Source of the DNA: Alphaproteobacteria bacterium
GTDB lineage: Bacteria; Pseudomonadota; Alphaproteobacteria; UBA828
Direction of reading: 5' to 3'
DNA: 64,000 nucleotides
Assembly: GCA_963667785.2 (NCBI GenBank)
Contig: CAXXMU010000006.1
Span: 608,001 to 672,000, forward strand
Within the stretch, counting starts at the first letter, position 1. Each line of letters starts with the position of its first letter. Under the pieces are notes generated by a model. The model saw nothing but the letters and a program-made list of their open reading frames with translations, did no database searches and was not told where the DNA came from. The translations under genes and the position numbers were made by a program. This document shows positions 10,366 to 22,721 of this stretch, in pieces.

Positions 10366-10985
10366 CCGACGAAGCGGAGCGCCAGCACGGCGGCGATCAC
10401 GACCGCGAGGGCGAGCAGCGCCGCGAGCCCGAGGCGACGCTCGACGAAGGCGCGCGCCGCCGGGCCGAACTGCCAGAGAAGCCCCGCGACGATATAGAAG
10501 CGAAGCCCGCGCGAGAGCAGCGAGGCGAGGATGAAGACGCCGATATCGAGCCGGCCGGCGCCGCTCGCCACGGTGATCAGCTTGTAGGGGAGCGGGGTGA
10601 AGCCGCCGGCGGCGACGATCCAGGCGCCCCATTCGTCGCGGTAGCGCTCGAAGGCCGCGAGCTTGTCCTCGTTGCCCCAGAGGTCGAGGAGGGGGCCGCC
10701 GAAGGCATCGAAGAGATAGTAGCCGATGGCGTAGCCGAAGAGGCCGCCGGCGACCGACGAGAGCGTGCAGACCCCTGCGAGCCACCAGGCTCTCGCCCGG
10801 CGCGCGAGGATCATGGGGATGAGCAGCAGGTCCGGCGGGATCGGGAAGAACGAGCTCTCCGCAAACGAGACGGCGACGAGCGCCCAGACGGCATGGCGCC
10901 TGCCGGCGAGCGCAAGCGTCCGGTCGTAGAGCCGGCGGAGCGGCCCCGGCCGCGGGGGCCGCCCGGCCCCGGGCGTCCCGCTCAT
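10362..10985 (-). CDS. DedA/YqaA family membrane protein
   Basis: FAESSFFPIPPD, FTPLPYK, RGLRF. Confidence 0.9.
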   Translation of the reverse strand: MSGTPGAGRPPRPGPLRRLYDRTLALAGRRHAVWALVAVSFAESSFFPIPPDLLLIPMILARRARAWWLAGVCTLSSVAGGLFGYAIGYYLFDAFGGPLLDLWGNEDKLAAFERYRDEWGAWIVAAGGFTPLPYKLITVASGAGRLDIGVFILASLLSRGLRFYIVAGLLWQFGPAARAFVERRLGLAALLALAVVIAAVLALRFVG

Positions 10986-11069
10986 GCCTCCGCAGCCCCG
11001 GCCCGGGCCGGTTGACGGCCGCCCGGCCCGGCCCAACAATGCCTGAACAGCCCCGGACGGCGCCCTGTC

Positions 11070-12176
11070 ATGCAATCCAAGCTCATCCTCTTCGCCGCCT
11101 CGGCCGGCATCGCCGCCCTCACCATCTACCTCCTCATCTCCGGGCGGAACATCCTGATCCCGATCGCCATCGCCGTCATGGCCTGGTATCTGATCAACGC
11201 CATCGCCCGCGGCATCATGAAGCTCAGCATACGCGGCGTTCGCCCGCCGCGCTGGGCGGCGCTGGCGCTCACGGTGCTGGTCGTCATCGCGGCGGTCATG
11301 TCGCTGGCCGAGATGGTGAGCGGCAACTTCAGCGCCGTGGTCGAGGCAATCCCCACCTACCAGGCCAATCTCCAGCGCCTGATCGGCGAGGTGGCGGCGC
11401 TGTTCGGCCTGCAGGAGACGCCCAACCTGACCGAGCTGGTCGATCGCATCGACTTCAGCGCGGTCGTCAGCAGCATCGCCGGGACCCTCACCAGCATCGC
11501 CGGCGAGGCCGGGCTCATCTTCGTCTACATGCTCTTCCTGTTCGTCGAGCAGGGCAGCTTCGACCGCAAGATGCAGGCGCTCTTCCCCGACCCGGCACGG
11601 GAGGAGCGGGTCCACAAGATCCTCAGCCACATGAGCCAGGAGATCCAGAACTACCTGTGGATCAAGACCTTCACCAGCGCGCTGACGGCGGGATTGAGCT
11701 ACGCCGTGCTGGCCTCCATCGGCCTCGACTTCGCCGGCTTCTGGGCGGTCATCATCTTCCTGCTCAACTACATCCCCACCATCGGCTCGCTGCTGGGCAT
11801 CCTCTTCCCGGCGCTGCTTGCGCTGGTGCAGTTCGACACCTTCGTGCCCTTCCTCATCGTCACCCCGAGCCTCGCAGTGATCCAGGTCTTCATCGGCAAC
11901 TTCCTGGAGCCGATGCTGATGGGGTCCTCCCTCAACATCAGCCCCTTCGCGACCCTCGTCTCGCTTGCCGTCTGGGGCACGATCTGGGGCGTGCCGGGCA
12001 TGTTCCTCTGCGTGCCCATCACCGTCATCGCCATGATCATCTTCGCCCACTTCCCGCGCACGCGGCCCATCGCGGTGATGCTGTCGACCGACGGCCGCGT
12101 CGCCTGGGGCGAGACCGATGAGCACCCGCCTCCCCCCCGACCGCCGCCCGACCCGCGCCCGCCTGCCGGAGCCTGA
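11070..12176 (+). CDS. AI-2E family transporter
   Basis: Multiple TM segments; LNYIPTIGS, GNFLEP, WGTIWGVPGMFLCVP. Confidence 0.9.
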   Translation: MQSKLILFAASAGIAALTIYLLISGRNILIPIAIAVMAWYLINAIARGIMKLSIRGVRPPRWAALALTVLVVIAAVMSLAEMVSGNFSAVVEAIPTYQANLQRLIGEVAALFGLQETPNLTELVDRIDFSAVVSSIAGTLTSIAGEAGLIFVYMLFLFVEQGSFDRKMQALFPDPAREERVHKILSHMSQEIQNYLWIKTFTSALTAGLSYAVLASIGLDFAGFWAVIIFLLNYIPTIGSLLGILFPALLALVQFDTFVPFLIVTPSLAVIQVFIGNFLEPMLMGSSLNISPFATLVSLAVWGTIWGVPGMFLCVPITVIAMIIFAHFPRTRPIAVMLSTDGRVAWGETDEHPPPPRPPPDPRPPAGA

Positions 12177-12178
12177 CC

Positions 12179-13300
12179 ATGACCGTTACCCGAGACGACG
12201 CACCGGCCATCGAGGCCGGGGCGCTGCGCGAGGCCGTCGCCGCGATCTTCACGGCCGCCGGCTGCGACAAGACCGAGGGCGCGCGCATCGGCCGCTATCT
12301 GGTCGAGGCCAATCTCGCCGGGCACGACAGCCACGGCGTCATACGCGTGCCGCGCTATGTGCACTGGCTGGATACCGGCGCCGTCCATGCCGGACGCCGC
12401 GCGAAGACGGTGGTCGATGCCGGCGCCGTCGCGGTGCTGGACGGCGACCACGGCTTCGGCCAGACCGTCGGCGAGCAGGCGATCCGGCTTGCGGTGGAGA
12501 AGGCGCGCGAGCACGGCATCGCCGTGGTGGGACTGCGCAATTCGGGCCATCTCGGGCGCATCGGCGACTGGGCCGAGCTCGCGGCGGCCGAGGGCCTGCT
12601 CTCGATCCACTTCGTCAACACCAGCGGCCTCGGCATGCTGGTGGCGCCCTTCGGCGGCACCGAGCGGCGCATGTCCACCAACCCGGTCTCCATCGGGGTA
12701 CCCATGCCGGAGGGGCCGCCGCTGGTGCTCGACTGCGCGACCTCGGTCGTGGCCGAGGGCAAGGTGCTGGTCGCGCTCAACGGCGGCAAGCCATTGCCGG
12801 AGGGCGCGCTGATCGAGCGGGACGGCCGGCTCGCGACCGACCCCGCCGCGATCTACGGCGCCATCGAGGGCACCCAGCCGCACGACCAGCGCACGGGCTC
12901 AGCCGCCGTGCGCGCGATGGGCGAGCACAAGGGCTCCGGCATCAGCTTCATGTGCGAGGTGCTGGCGGGCGCGCTCACCGGCGGCGGCTGCGGCAAGGCC
13001 GGCCACAAGACGCTGGAGAACAACATGCTCTCCATCCTGCTCGATCCGGCGCGCTTCGGCACCGAGGCGCTGATGTGGCCCGAGCTCAAGCGCTACATCG
13101 CCTTCGTGAAGAGCGCCCGGGCCGCGCCGGGCCACGAGAAGGTGCTGCTGCCCGGCGAGCCCGAGGAGGCGATGCGTGCGCGGCGCGGCGCAGACGGAAT
13201 CCCGCTGCCGCGCAGGGTGCGCTCAAGCCTCGCGCTCACCGCAAGCTCCCTCGGCCTCGCGGAAGTGGCCGCCATTCTCAAGCCCGCGGCGGACGCGTAG
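12179..13300 (+). CDS. Ldh_2 family (malate/L-lactate/ureidoglycolate dehydrogenase)
   Basis: GHDSHG, HLGRIG, STNP, HKGSG, LPGEPE. Confidence 0.9.
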   Translation: MTVTRDDAPAIEAGALREAVAAIFTAAGCDKTEGARIGRYLVEANLAGHDSHGVIRVPRYVHWLDTGAVHAGRRAKTVVDAGAVAVLDGDHGFGQTVGEQAIRLAVEKAREHGIAVVGLRNSGHLGRIGDWAELAAAEGLLSIHFVNTSGLGMLVAPFGGTERRMSTNPVSIGVPMPEGPPLVLDCATSVVAEGKVLVALNGGKPLPEGALIERDGRLATDPAAIYGAIEGTQPHDQRTGSAAVRAMGEHKGSGISFMCEVLAGALTGGGCGKAGHKTLENNMLSILLDPARFGTEALMWPELKRYIAFVKSARAAPGHEKVLLPGEPEEAMRARRGADGIPLPRRVRSSLALTASSLGLAEVAAILKPAADA

Positions 13301-13381
13301 GCGGCGTTCTCCCGCCGCCGCTTGCTGTACTTCCTCTCCTCCCTGGGGAGCGGGGAAGCGGAAGCGCCGGCTCGCGCCCCG

Positions 13382-14161
13382 CTACCAGACGCTCGAGTAG
13401 CGGCCGCCGTCGAGCAGCAGGTTCTGGCCGGTGATGTAGCCCGCCTGCGCGCTGCAGAGGAACGCGCAGGCCTCGCCGAACTCTCGCGGATCGCCGAAGC
13501 GCTTGGCCGGCACCGACGCCATATGCCGCGCGGTGAATTCGGCGAGATCGGTGCTCGTCGCCCGAGCACCGGCCGCGATGTTGCTGTGCAGCCGCTCGGT
13601 GTCGAAGTAGCCCGGCAGCAGATTGTTGATGGTCACGTTGCTCGCGGCCACGGTGGGCACGATGCCGGCGACGAAGGCGGTGAGCCCGGCGCGGGCGCCG
13701 CTGGAGAGGTCGAGGCCGGGGACCGGCATCATCACCGAGATCGAGGTGATGTTGATGATCCGCCCGAAGCCCCGCTCGGCCATGCCGTCGACCACCCGGC
13801 CGATCATCTCCACCGGCGTCGCCATGTTCATCACCACGCCCTGCAGGAAGGCGCCGCGGTCGATCTCGCGGAAGTCGCGGCGGGGCGGGCCGCCATTATT
13901 GTTGACGAGGATGTCGGGCTCGGGCGCTGCGGCGATCAGCGCCGCCTGCACCGCCGGCTCGCTGATGTCGCCGGCCACGGTCTCCACCGCGACCCCGGCA
14001 TCGACACGGATGGCCCCGGCGGTCTCCTCCAGCACCTGGGCGTCGCGCCCGTTGATGACGAGGTCGACCCCGTTCCGCGCGAGCGCCTCGGCGCAGCCGC
14101 GGCCGAGCCCGCGGCTCGCGGCGCACACCACCGCGCGGCGCCCCTTGATTCCGAGATCCAT
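13382..14161 (-). CDS. SDR family oxidoreductase (atypical, no catalytic Tyr)
   Basis: MDLGIKGRR..ASRGLG, NNGGPP, LSSGAR, ITGQNLLLDGG. Confidence 0.88.
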   Translation of the reverse strand: MDLGIKGRRAVVCAASRGLGRGCAEALARNGVDLVINGRDAQVLEETAGAIRVDAGVAVETVAGDISEPAVQAALIAAAPEPDILVNNNGGPPRRDFREIDRGAFLQGVVMNMATPVEMIGRVVDGMAERGFGRIINITSISVMMPVPGLDLSSGARAGLTAFVAGIVPTVAASNVTINNLLPGYFDTERLHSNIAAGARATSTDLAEFTARHMASVPAKRFGDPREFGEACAFLCSAQAGYITGQNLLLDGGRYSSVW

Positions 14162-14295
14162 GGCTCCATATCCCCTGCTTGGGCGCATCCTGACGCCCGC
14201 CGGACGGCCTGTGCAAGGCCAGCGGGCATTCCGCCGACGCAACGCGACACGGCGTCTCGCCGCAAACCGGCGCTTGATTCGCCCCGGCAATAGTG

Positions 14296-14322
14296 TTAGC
14301 ACTCACTTCTAGTGAGTGCTAA
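14296..14322 (+). promoter_or_regulatory. CIRCE operator (HrcA site)
   Basis: Perfect TTAGCACTC-N9-GAGTGCTAA directly upstream of groES. Confidence 0.97.
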
Positions 14323-14365
14323 CATCGGCGCTCAGACGAACGTTCGGACGAGATTGGAGGACGCA

Positions 14366-14680
14366 ATGAAGTTTCGACCGCTGCATGACAGGGTCGTGGT
14401 CCGTCGCATTGGCGAGGACACCAAGACTGCGGGCGGCATCATCATCCCCGACACGGCGCAGGAGAAGCCGCAGGAAGGCGAGATCGTGGCCGTGGGCCCC
14501 GGTGTGCGGGCCGATGACGGGACGCTGCACGCCCTGGACGTGAAGCCGGGCGACCGCGTGCTGTTCGGCAAATGGTCGGGCAACGAGGTGACGCTGGACG
14601 GTGACGAGCTCCTGTTCATGAAGGAGTCCGACATCATGGCCATCGTCGAGACCGGGAAGAAGTCGAAGAAGGCCGCGTAG
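14366..14680 (+). CDS. groES: Co-chaperonin GroES
   Basis: [26 protein letters not shown]; GGAGG RBS. Confidence 0.98.
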   Translation: MKFRPLHDRVVVRRIGEDTKTAGGIIIPDTAQEKPQEGEIVAVGPGVRADDGTLHALDVKPGDRVLFGKWSGNEVTLDGDELLFMKESDIMAIVETGKKSKKAA

Positions 14681-14705
14681 GCGGGCCGCTTCGGGGTACG
14701 AGTAG

Positions 14706-16364
<1,659 letters not shown>

Positions 16365-16384
16365 CCCAGTCGTTCAGACTGAGA

Positions 16385-16419
16385 CGAGAGGGGCGGGCCT
16401 TCGGGTCCGCCCCTTTTCG
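16385..16419 (+). terminator. Rho-independent terminator after groEL
   Basis: GGGGCGGGCC-TTCG-GGTCCGCCCC stem-loop followed by TTTT. Confidence 0.85.
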
Positions 16420-16503
16420 TTTGCGAAGGCCGCGGCGGCGGGATATGTGCAACCCGTACCGGCGGCGTGCGTCGCGGGCGCCGCACACGGCAAGGGAGGC
16501 CCC

Positions 16504-17949
16504 ATGAGCGCCGATATCGGAGCCCTGTTCGACGCGCGCGATTCGCTCGAGATCGCAAGCCTCGTGAAGGCGGGCGAGGTGAGCCCGAGCGAGCTCGCCG
16601 AGGAGGCGATCCGCCGCATCGAGACGCTCAACCCCGTGCTGAACGCCGTCTCCATCCCGCTCTTCGACTATGGCCGCAAGGTGGCCGCCGACCCGGCGCT
16701 CCCCGATGGCCCCTTCAGGGGCGTGCCCTTCCTGCTCAAGGATCTCGGCACGCTCTGGGAGGGCATCCCGCTGGTGAACAGCTGCCGCTACTTCAGGGAC
16801 TTCGTCTGCCCCGCCGACATGACCTACACGCGCCGCATCAAGCAGGCGGGATTCGTGCTGCTCGGCCGCAGCAACGCGCCCGAGTTCGGTTGGTGCCTCG
16901 CGACCGAGCCCACCCTCTTCGGCCGCACCAGCAACCCCTGGAACCTCGAGCGCACACCCGGCGGCTCGAGCGGCGGCGCTGCGGCGGCGCTGGCGGCGCG
17001 CATGGTGCCCTTTGTCGATGCGAGCGACGGCGCCGGCTCGACCCGGGTGCCGGCCTCCCACTGCGGGCTGGTCGGGCTCAAGCCCTCGCGCGGCCGGGTG
17101 ACGCTCGACCCTTTCCCTGACTACTGGTACGGCGGCGCCACCTTCCTCACCGTCACCCACACGGTGCGCGAGACCGCAGCCTATCTCGATGCCGTCGGCG
17201 GCCGGGTGACCGGCGACGTCTACTACACGGACATGCCCGAGACCCCCTACCTGGACGAGGTGGGCAGGGAGCCCGGCACGCTCCGTATCGGCGTCACCAC
17301 CGCCTCGCCGGACGGCAGGCCCCTCCACGAGGAGGTGGTGCGCGCGGTGCAGGATGCCGCCGCGCTCTGCGAGAGCCTCGGCCACGCGGTGGAGGAGCGC
17401 CCGCTCGCGCTGGACTGGGAGCGCTTCTGGGGCGCCTATACGCGCATGACCGCCGCGCAGACCGCGTCCGGCTTCGAGGATTCGGAGGCGCTGATCGGCC
17501 GGCCCGTGACCGAGGACGACGTGGCCCCCCTCATCTGGGGGCTGATCCGGAAGGGCAAGGCCATCGACGGCCCGCAGCACTACCGCGACGTGAACGAGCT
17601 CCGCCTGATGAGTCGCGAGCTGATCGCACACCTCGCGGACTGCGACGTGCACGTCATGCCGGTGATCGGCCATCCCGCTCGCCCGCACGGCCACTATCCC
17701 ATGACCGCAGCCGACCCCGACCACTACAACGCCGAGATCATGGGACCGGATGCCGTCTTCACCGCGCCCTTCAACGCGAGCGGCTTGCCCGCCATGTCGC
17801 TGCCGCTGCACATGACGGCGGACGGGCTGCCGGTCGGCGTGCAGCTGGTCGGCCGCGAGTGCGACGAGGCGACGCTCTTCCGCCTCGCCGGCCAGCTCGA
17901 GGCGGCGAAGCCCTGGAAGGGACGCCGGCCGCCGATACTCGCCAACTGA
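16504..17949 (+). CDS. Amidase signature family protein
   Basis: LLKDL, PGGSSGG, SDGAGSTRVPASHCG; GGAGG RBS before MSADIG. Confidence 0.92.
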   Translation: MSADIGALFDARDSLEIASLVKAGEVSPSELAEEAIRRIETLNPVLNAVSIPLFDYGRKVAADPALPDGPFRGVPFLLKDLGTLWEGIPLVNSCRYFRDFVCPADMTYTRRIKQAGFVLLGRSNAPEFGWCLATEPTLFGRTSNPWNLERTPGGSSGGAAAALAARMVPFVDASDGAGSTRVPASHCGLVGLKPSRGRVTLDPFPDYWYGGATFLTVTHTVRETAAYLDAVGGRVTGDVYYTDMPETPYLDEVGREPGTLRIGVTTASPDGRPLHEEVVRAVQDAAALCESLGHAVEERPLALDWERFWGAYTRMTAAQTASGFEDSEALIGRPVTEDDVAPLIWGLIRKGKAIDGPQHYRDVNELRLMSRELIAHLADCDVHVMPVIGHPARPHGHYPMTAADPDHYNAEIMGPDAVFTAPFNASGLPAMSLPLHMTADGLPVGVQLVGRECDEATLFRLAGQLEAAKPWKGRRPPILAN

Positions 17950-17980
17950 ACGGCACAGCCCCGCCGACAGGGAGACCGCC

Positions 17981-18766
17981 ATGACCTCACAGTTCGCCAC
18001 GGACGCATTCGCCGGCCAGACCGTGCTCATCACCGGCGCCACCTCGGGCATCGGCGAGGGCACGGCCAGGGCCTTCGCCGCCCACGGCGCCAACGTCATG
18101 CTCAACGGCCGCGACGAGGCGCGCGGCGCGGCCGTGCTGGAAGAAATCGCGAGCGGCGGCGGCAGCGCCGCCCTCAGCCTCGGCGACGTGGCGGACTCCG
18201 CCTATTGCGACCGGCTGGTGGCCGAGACGACGGACCGCTTCGGCCGGCTCGACGTGCTCTTCAACAACGCCGGCATCTGCGACTACGGAACGGTCGACGA
18301 GATGGCGGACGACAATTGGCATCGGCTGATCGGCATCAACGTGAGCGGCAGTTTCTTCATGGCGCGCGCCTCCGTGCGCCAGATGAAGGCGCAAGGCGAC
18401 GGCGGCGCGATCGTGAACATGGCCTCGGAATGCGCGCTGATCGCCTACGAGCGCCTGCCCGCCTACAGCGCGACCAAGGGCGCTATCGCCATGCTGACCA
18501 AGTGCATGGCGATCGACCACGCGAAGGACGGCATCCGCGTCAACGCGGTCTGCCCCGGCGATATCGACACGCCGATGATGGATCAGGGCTGGGACAAGAG
18601 CCTGACTGCAGCGGAGATCCGCGGGAAGCTCAAGCTCCACATCCCGCTCGGCAAGGTGGGCGAGCCGCTCGATATCGCCAACGCGGTGATGTACCTCGCC
18701 TCCGACGCCGCCGGCTTCGTCACCGGCGCCCTGCTCGCGATCGACGGCGGAACGACGGCCCGATAA
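17981..18766 (+). CDS. SDR family oxidoreductase
   Basis: TGATSGIG, NNAG, YSATK. Confidence 0.92.
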   Translation: MTSQFATDAFAGQTVLITGATSGIGEGTARAFAAHGANVMLNGRDEARGAAVLEEIASGGGSAALSLGDVADSAYCDRLVAETTDRFGRLDVLFNNAGICDYGTVDEMADDNWHRLIGINVSGSFFMARASVRQMKAQGDGGAIVNMASECALIAYERLPAYSATKGAIAMLTKCMAIDHAKDGIRVNAVCPGDIDTPMMDQGWDKSLTAAEIRGKLKLHIPLGKVGEPLDIANAVMYLASDAAGFVTGALLAIDGGTTAR

Positions 18767-18809
18767 GCGCGCCTCCGATCCGGTCGGCATGGCTGCCCAG
18801 AGGTCCGCG

Positions 18810-19616
18810 ATGGATCATCGATGCATCAGGTTCGAGCGGCGGGGGTCGGTCGCGCTTGTGACGCTCGACCGGCCCGAACGCGCCAATGCGATGAACCGCA
18901 CCATGCTGGCGGAGCTCAGTGCGGCGTGCGACACGGTCGAGGCCGACGAGACCATTGGCGCGCTCGTCGTGACCGGCGCGGGCGGGGTCTTCTCCTCTGG
19001 CTTCGATCTCAAGGAGCAGGCGGAGGCCCCGCCGGAAGGCGTCGCCCAGTGGCGCGCCGTGCTGCGCGACGACTTCGACACCGTGATGCGCTTCTGGCAC
19101 CTCTCCACGCCGACGGTCGCTGCGGTGCGCGGCCCGGCGCTTGCCGGTGGCTGCGAGCTCGCGCTCGCCTGCGACGTAACCGTCGCCGCCGAGGACGCCC
19201 GCTTCGGCGAGCCCGAGCTGCGCTTCGGCGCCGGCATCGTCGTCATGCTGCTGCCGTGGCTCGCCGGGCCCAAGCATGCGAAGGAAATCCTGCTCTCGGG
19301 CGAGGACGAGATCGACGCCCGGCGCGCCTGCGAGATCGGCCTCGTCAACCGCGTCGTGGCGAATGGCGAGGAGGTGGATGCCGCGCTCGCGCTCGCCAGC
19401 CGCATGGCTTCAATCGAGCCCGCGCTCCGCGCGCGCACCAAGGCCACGATCAACCGCATGTACCGGATGATGGGCTTCGACGCGGCGCTCGAGATGGCGC
19501 TCGATCAGGATCTCCTGATCGAGGCCGAGGGCACGGCAACCAAGCGGCAGTTCCTCGAGATCACGCGCACGCGGGGCCTGCGCGCCGCCATCGCCTGGCG
19601 CGACGCCAGGGGCTGA
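18810..19616 (+). CDS. Enoyl-CoA hydratase/isomerase family
   Basis: FSSGFDL, AGGCELALACD, FGEPE; alternative start 18789. Confidence 0.88.
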   Translation: MDHRCIRFERRGSVALVTLDRPERANAMNRTMLAELSAACDTVEADETIGALVVTGAGGVFSSGFDLKEQAEAPPEGVAQWRAVLRDDFDTVMRFWHLSTPTVAAVRGPALAGGCELALACDVTVAAEDARFGEPELRFGAGIVVMLLPWLAGPKHAKEILLSGEDEIDARRACEIGLVNRVVANGEEVDAALALASRMASIEPALRARTKATINRMYRMMGFDAALEMALDQDLLIEAEGTATKRQFLEITRTRGLRAAIAWRDARG

Positions 19617-19643
19617 GGCCGGCACGGACGTCGGACGCGCCCG

Positions 19644-20438
19644 TCAGAGGCCAGCCAGCAGATAGACCCCGGCAGCGACCATGGCGACGCCGCCTATGCG
19701 CGCCACCCACTCGCCCCGGGGCGCGAGCTTTTCCGCCACGACGAAGACGGTGATCGCCGCCACCCAGGCGAGGTTCATCACCCCGCCGACGAAGAGAAGC
19801 CCCATCACGACGCCGCAGCAGCCGAGGCAGAAGGCTCCGTGGCCGACGCCCATGCGGAAGGCGCCCCACCCGCCCGGCCGCCAGTGCCCCATGATGAAGG
19901 CCATCGGCGAGCGGCAATGCTTGAGGCAGGCGTATTTCAGCGGCGTCCACTGGTAGACGCCAGCAGCGAGGAAGAGCGCGCCGCCGAGCATCGTGCTGGT
20001 GGCGACCATCATGGGCGACAGCAGGGCCGCGTTCTGCAGCCCCCACTGCATCGCCGTCGCCGCCACGCTGAAGGCCGCCCAGACCGCGACATAGCCGAGC
20101 GCGAAGAGCGTGGTGGCGCCGAAGGGGCGGCCGCCACTCCTGCTCCGGTCGACGCGGGCGAAGATGAGGATCATGGGCGCCGCGCTCGGCACCATCATCG
20201 CCACCATCATCACCGCCCACATCGCCCACATGAGCAGGCCGTCGGTCACGCTCCAGGCCTGCATCCGCATCATGGCGCCGCCCGCGGCCATGGAGCCCGC
20301 GCCCATATCGCCAGCCATATCGCCCCCCATGTCGAGGGCCATGTCGATGAGATAGAGCCAGGCGAGCACGGCGGCCACCGCGAGCCCGACCAGCACCACC
20401 AGCCGGTCGCGCCGCGCGATCCCCTCGATCAGGGGCAC
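19644..20438 (-). CDS. DUF2182 predicted metal-binding membrane protein
   Basis: Met-rich segment, WAVMMVAMMVPS, QWTPLKYACLKHCRSP, FCLGCC, GVMNL. Confidence 0.85.
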   Translation of the reverse strand: MPLIEGIARRDRLVVLVGLAVAAVLAWLYLIDMALDMGGDMAGDMGAGSMAAGGAMMRMQAWSVTDGLLMWAMWAVMMVAMMVPSAAPMILIFARVDRSRSGGRPFGATTLFALGYVAVWAAFSVAATAMQWGLQNAALLSPMMVATSTMLGGALFLAAGVYQWTPLKYACLKHCRSPMAFIMGHWRPGGWGAFRMGVGHGAFCLGCCGVVMGLLFVGGVMNLAWVAAITVFVVAEKLAPRGEWVARIGGVAMVAAGVYLLAGL

Positions 20439-20451
20439 GTGAACGCGTGCC

Positions 20452-21261
20452 TCAGTCGCACTTGGCCGTGAGGCCGCCGTCCACCACGAGATCGGCCGCG
20501 GTCACGTATCCGGCCTCGTCCGACGCCAGATAGAGCGCCGCATGGGCGACGTCCCAGCCCGAGCCCATGCGGCCCATGGGCACTTGGGCGTGGCGCTTGG
20601 CCACCAGCGCGTCGAGGTCGCCCTTGCCATACTGGGCGGCGAGGCGGGCCTCCACCAGCGGCGTGTGCATGAGGCCGACGGAGATCGAGTTGCAACGCAC
20701 GCCGCGGGCCGCGTATTGCACGGCGACCGCCTTGGTGAACTGCACCAGGCCCGCCTTCGCCGCCGCGTAGGCCGCGTGGTGGTTGCCGATGAAGCGCAGC
20801 CCGGCAACGGACGAGATGTTGACGATGGCGCCCGCGCCCTGCGCCTCCATGACCGGCAGCACGCACCTGGTGGTGAGGAAGGCGCTGGTGAGGTTGAACT
20901 CGAGCTGGGCGGCCCAGTCCTCCTCGCTGAGCTCCACGGGGCCGCCGGGCACCGAGCCGCCGACATTGTTGACCAGCACGTGCAGCCCGCCCCAGTGCTC
21001 GCAGATCGCCGCTATCACCCGCTCGATCTGGGCGCTGTCGGTCACGTCGGCGGTCTCGACGGCGCAGGCGTTGCCCTCGCTCTCGATGATCTGCCGCGTC
21101 GCCTCGGCGGCGGCGGTGTCGCGGTCGAGGGCCACGACGCGCGCGCCTTCGCGAGCAAACAGCACGGCGGTGGCGCGGCCGTTGCCCCAGCCGGGGCCGA
21201 CCGAGCCCGCGCCCGTGATCAGCGCGACCGTGCCGCCGAGACGCCCTGCCATGTCTGTCAC
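20452..21261 (-). CDS. SDR family oxidoreductase
   Basis: TGAGSVGPGWGNG, NNVG, YAAAK. Confidence 0.9.
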   Translation of the reverse strand: MTDMAGRLGGTVALITGAGSVGPGWGNGRATAVLFAREGARVVALDRDTAAAEATRQIIESEGNACAVETADVTDSAQIERVIAAICEHWGGLHVLVNNVGGSVPGGPVELSEEDWAAQLEFNLTSAFLTTRCVLPVMEAQGAGAIVNISSVAGLRFIGNHHAAYAAAKAGLVQFTKAVAVQYAARGVRCNSISVGLMHTPLVEARLAAQYGKGDLDALVAKRHAQVPMGRMGSGWDVAHAALYLASDEAGYVTAADLVVDGGLTAKCD

Positions 21262-21294
21262 TCTACCATGCGGCGGGGGCGTGCCGGCCGCACG

Positions 21295-22203
21295 CTAGGC
21301 TTCAAGGCCGTGATAGAGGCGCGCGATATCCGCGCGGCGACAGATCCACACGTCGTCGTGCTTCAGGACGTGCTCCAGGAAGCGGCGGAGCGCCGCGAGG
21401 CGCGCGGGTCTTCCGATCACGCGGCAGTGCAGGCCCACCGAGAGCATCGAGGGGTGCCCGTCGACTCCTTCCCGGTAGAGCTCGTCGAAGGCCGCGCTGA
21501 GATACTCGGCGAACGCCGCCGGCGATGCGAAGCCGTTCGCCGTGCTGAACTTCATGTCGTTGCTGTCGAGCGCGTAGGGAATGACGAGGTGGCGGCCGCC
21601 GTCCTCCATCTCGAGCCAGTAGGGAATGTCGTCGTCGTAGGCGTCCGAATCGTAGAGCAGACCCCCGCAGTCGATTGCGAGCCGGCGCGAGTTCGCGCTC
21701 ACCCGGCCGCAGTAGAAGCCGACCGGCGCGTCTCCCGTCTGCTCGCGAATCGTCTCCTTGGTCATCAGGATGTGCTCGCGCTCGACCTCCTCCGTGACCC
21801 CGGAATAGTCGAACCACCGCCAGTTGTGGCTCGCGATCTCGAGCCCCTGGCGCGCACAGTGGCGGCCGACCTCGGGGTTGAGCGCGAGGGCGCGGCCGAC
21901 TCCGAAGACGGTCGCCGTGACGCCGAGCTCCTCGAACAGCCGCAGGACGCGCCAGACGCCGGCGCGGGCGCCGTAGCCGTAGAGGCTTTCAGTGTTCAGG
22001 TCCCGCTCGCCCGCGCGCGCCTCGAAGGGGCCGAGCTCGTGGATGTAGCTCTCCGAGGTGGCGTCGTCGTTCAGGACCGTCCGCTCGCCGCCCTCCTCGT
22101 AGTTGAGGACGAGGCTCAGCGCCAGCGGGCTGCGGTCCGCCCAGAGGGGGCGCGGGCGGTGGCGGCCATAGCCGACGAGATCGCGGTCGCTGCTGGTGCT
22201 CAT
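21295..22203 (-). CDS. Polysaccharide deacetylase family, PuuE allantoinase-like
   Basis: RDLVGYG, LNYEEGGE, YGARAGVWR, LLYDSDAY.DDIPYW, SVGLHCR.IGRP. Confidence 0.88.
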   Translation of the reverse strand: MSTSSDRDLVGYGRHRPRPLWADRSPLALSLVLNYEEGGERTVLNDDATSESYIHELGPFEARAGERDLNTESLYGYGARAGVWRVLRLFEELGVTATVFGVGRALALNPEVGRHCARQGLEIASHNWRWFDYSGVTEEVEREHILMTKETIREQTGDAPVGFYCGRVSANSRRLAIDCGGLLYDSDAYDDDIPYWLEMEDGGRHLVIPYALDSNDMKFSTANGFASPAAFAEYLSAAFDELYREGVDGHPSMLSVGLHCRVIGRPARLAALRRFLEHVLKHDDVWICRRADIARLYHGLEA

Positions 22204-22721
22204 GGGCCGGGGTCCTTCGGCGATCGAGGCGCGGACAGGTCGTGCCAGGTGGTCGGCCTGGAGAAGGTGCGGTCGAAGCCGCCGCCGTTCCAGGTGGTCA
22301 TCTTTCGCGCATGGACGAGAAAGGGCTCTCTCGGGAACCCGAACGTCGTCTCGGCGTAGGCCACGCCGGGCGCGCCGAGATAGCGCTCCGCCATCCTGCG
22401 GGCCGGCGTGATCCAGTCGAAGTCCTGCGCCAGGAACTCCGCCTCGCCGAGGACGCTCACGCGCATGTAGGGCAGGCCGGGATTGTCGACGAGGAGACCG
22501 CAGCGCGGATCGCGGTGCAGGTTCTGCACCATGCTCGTGTGCGCCTTGCTGATCACGAGGAAGGCGCGATCCTGCGCCAGCCAGTCGAACCAGACGGGGC
22601 TCACCACCGGCCAGCCGTCGGCCATCGTGGTGGCGATCTTGGCGAAGATCGCGCCCGAGGTCAGGAAGGCGTCGCGCTCCGCGATCGTCATCCCCCGCCC
22701 GCTGTCGGATGTCATCGCCAT
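22200..22721 (-). CDS. Pyridoxamine 5'-phosphate oxidase-like flavin/F420-binding protein
   Basis: IATTMADGWPVVSPVWF, NLHRDPRCGLLVD; ATGA overlap with the deacetylase gene. Confidence 0.78.
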   Translation of the reverse strand: MAMTSDSGRGMTIAERDAFLTSGAIFAKIATTMADGWPVVSPVWFDWLAQDRAFLVISKAHTSMVQNLHRDPRCGLLVDNPGLPYMRVSVLGEAEFLAQDFDWITPARRMAERYLGAPGVAYAETTFGFPREPFLVHARKMTTWNGGGFDRTFSRPTTWHDLSAPRSPKDPGP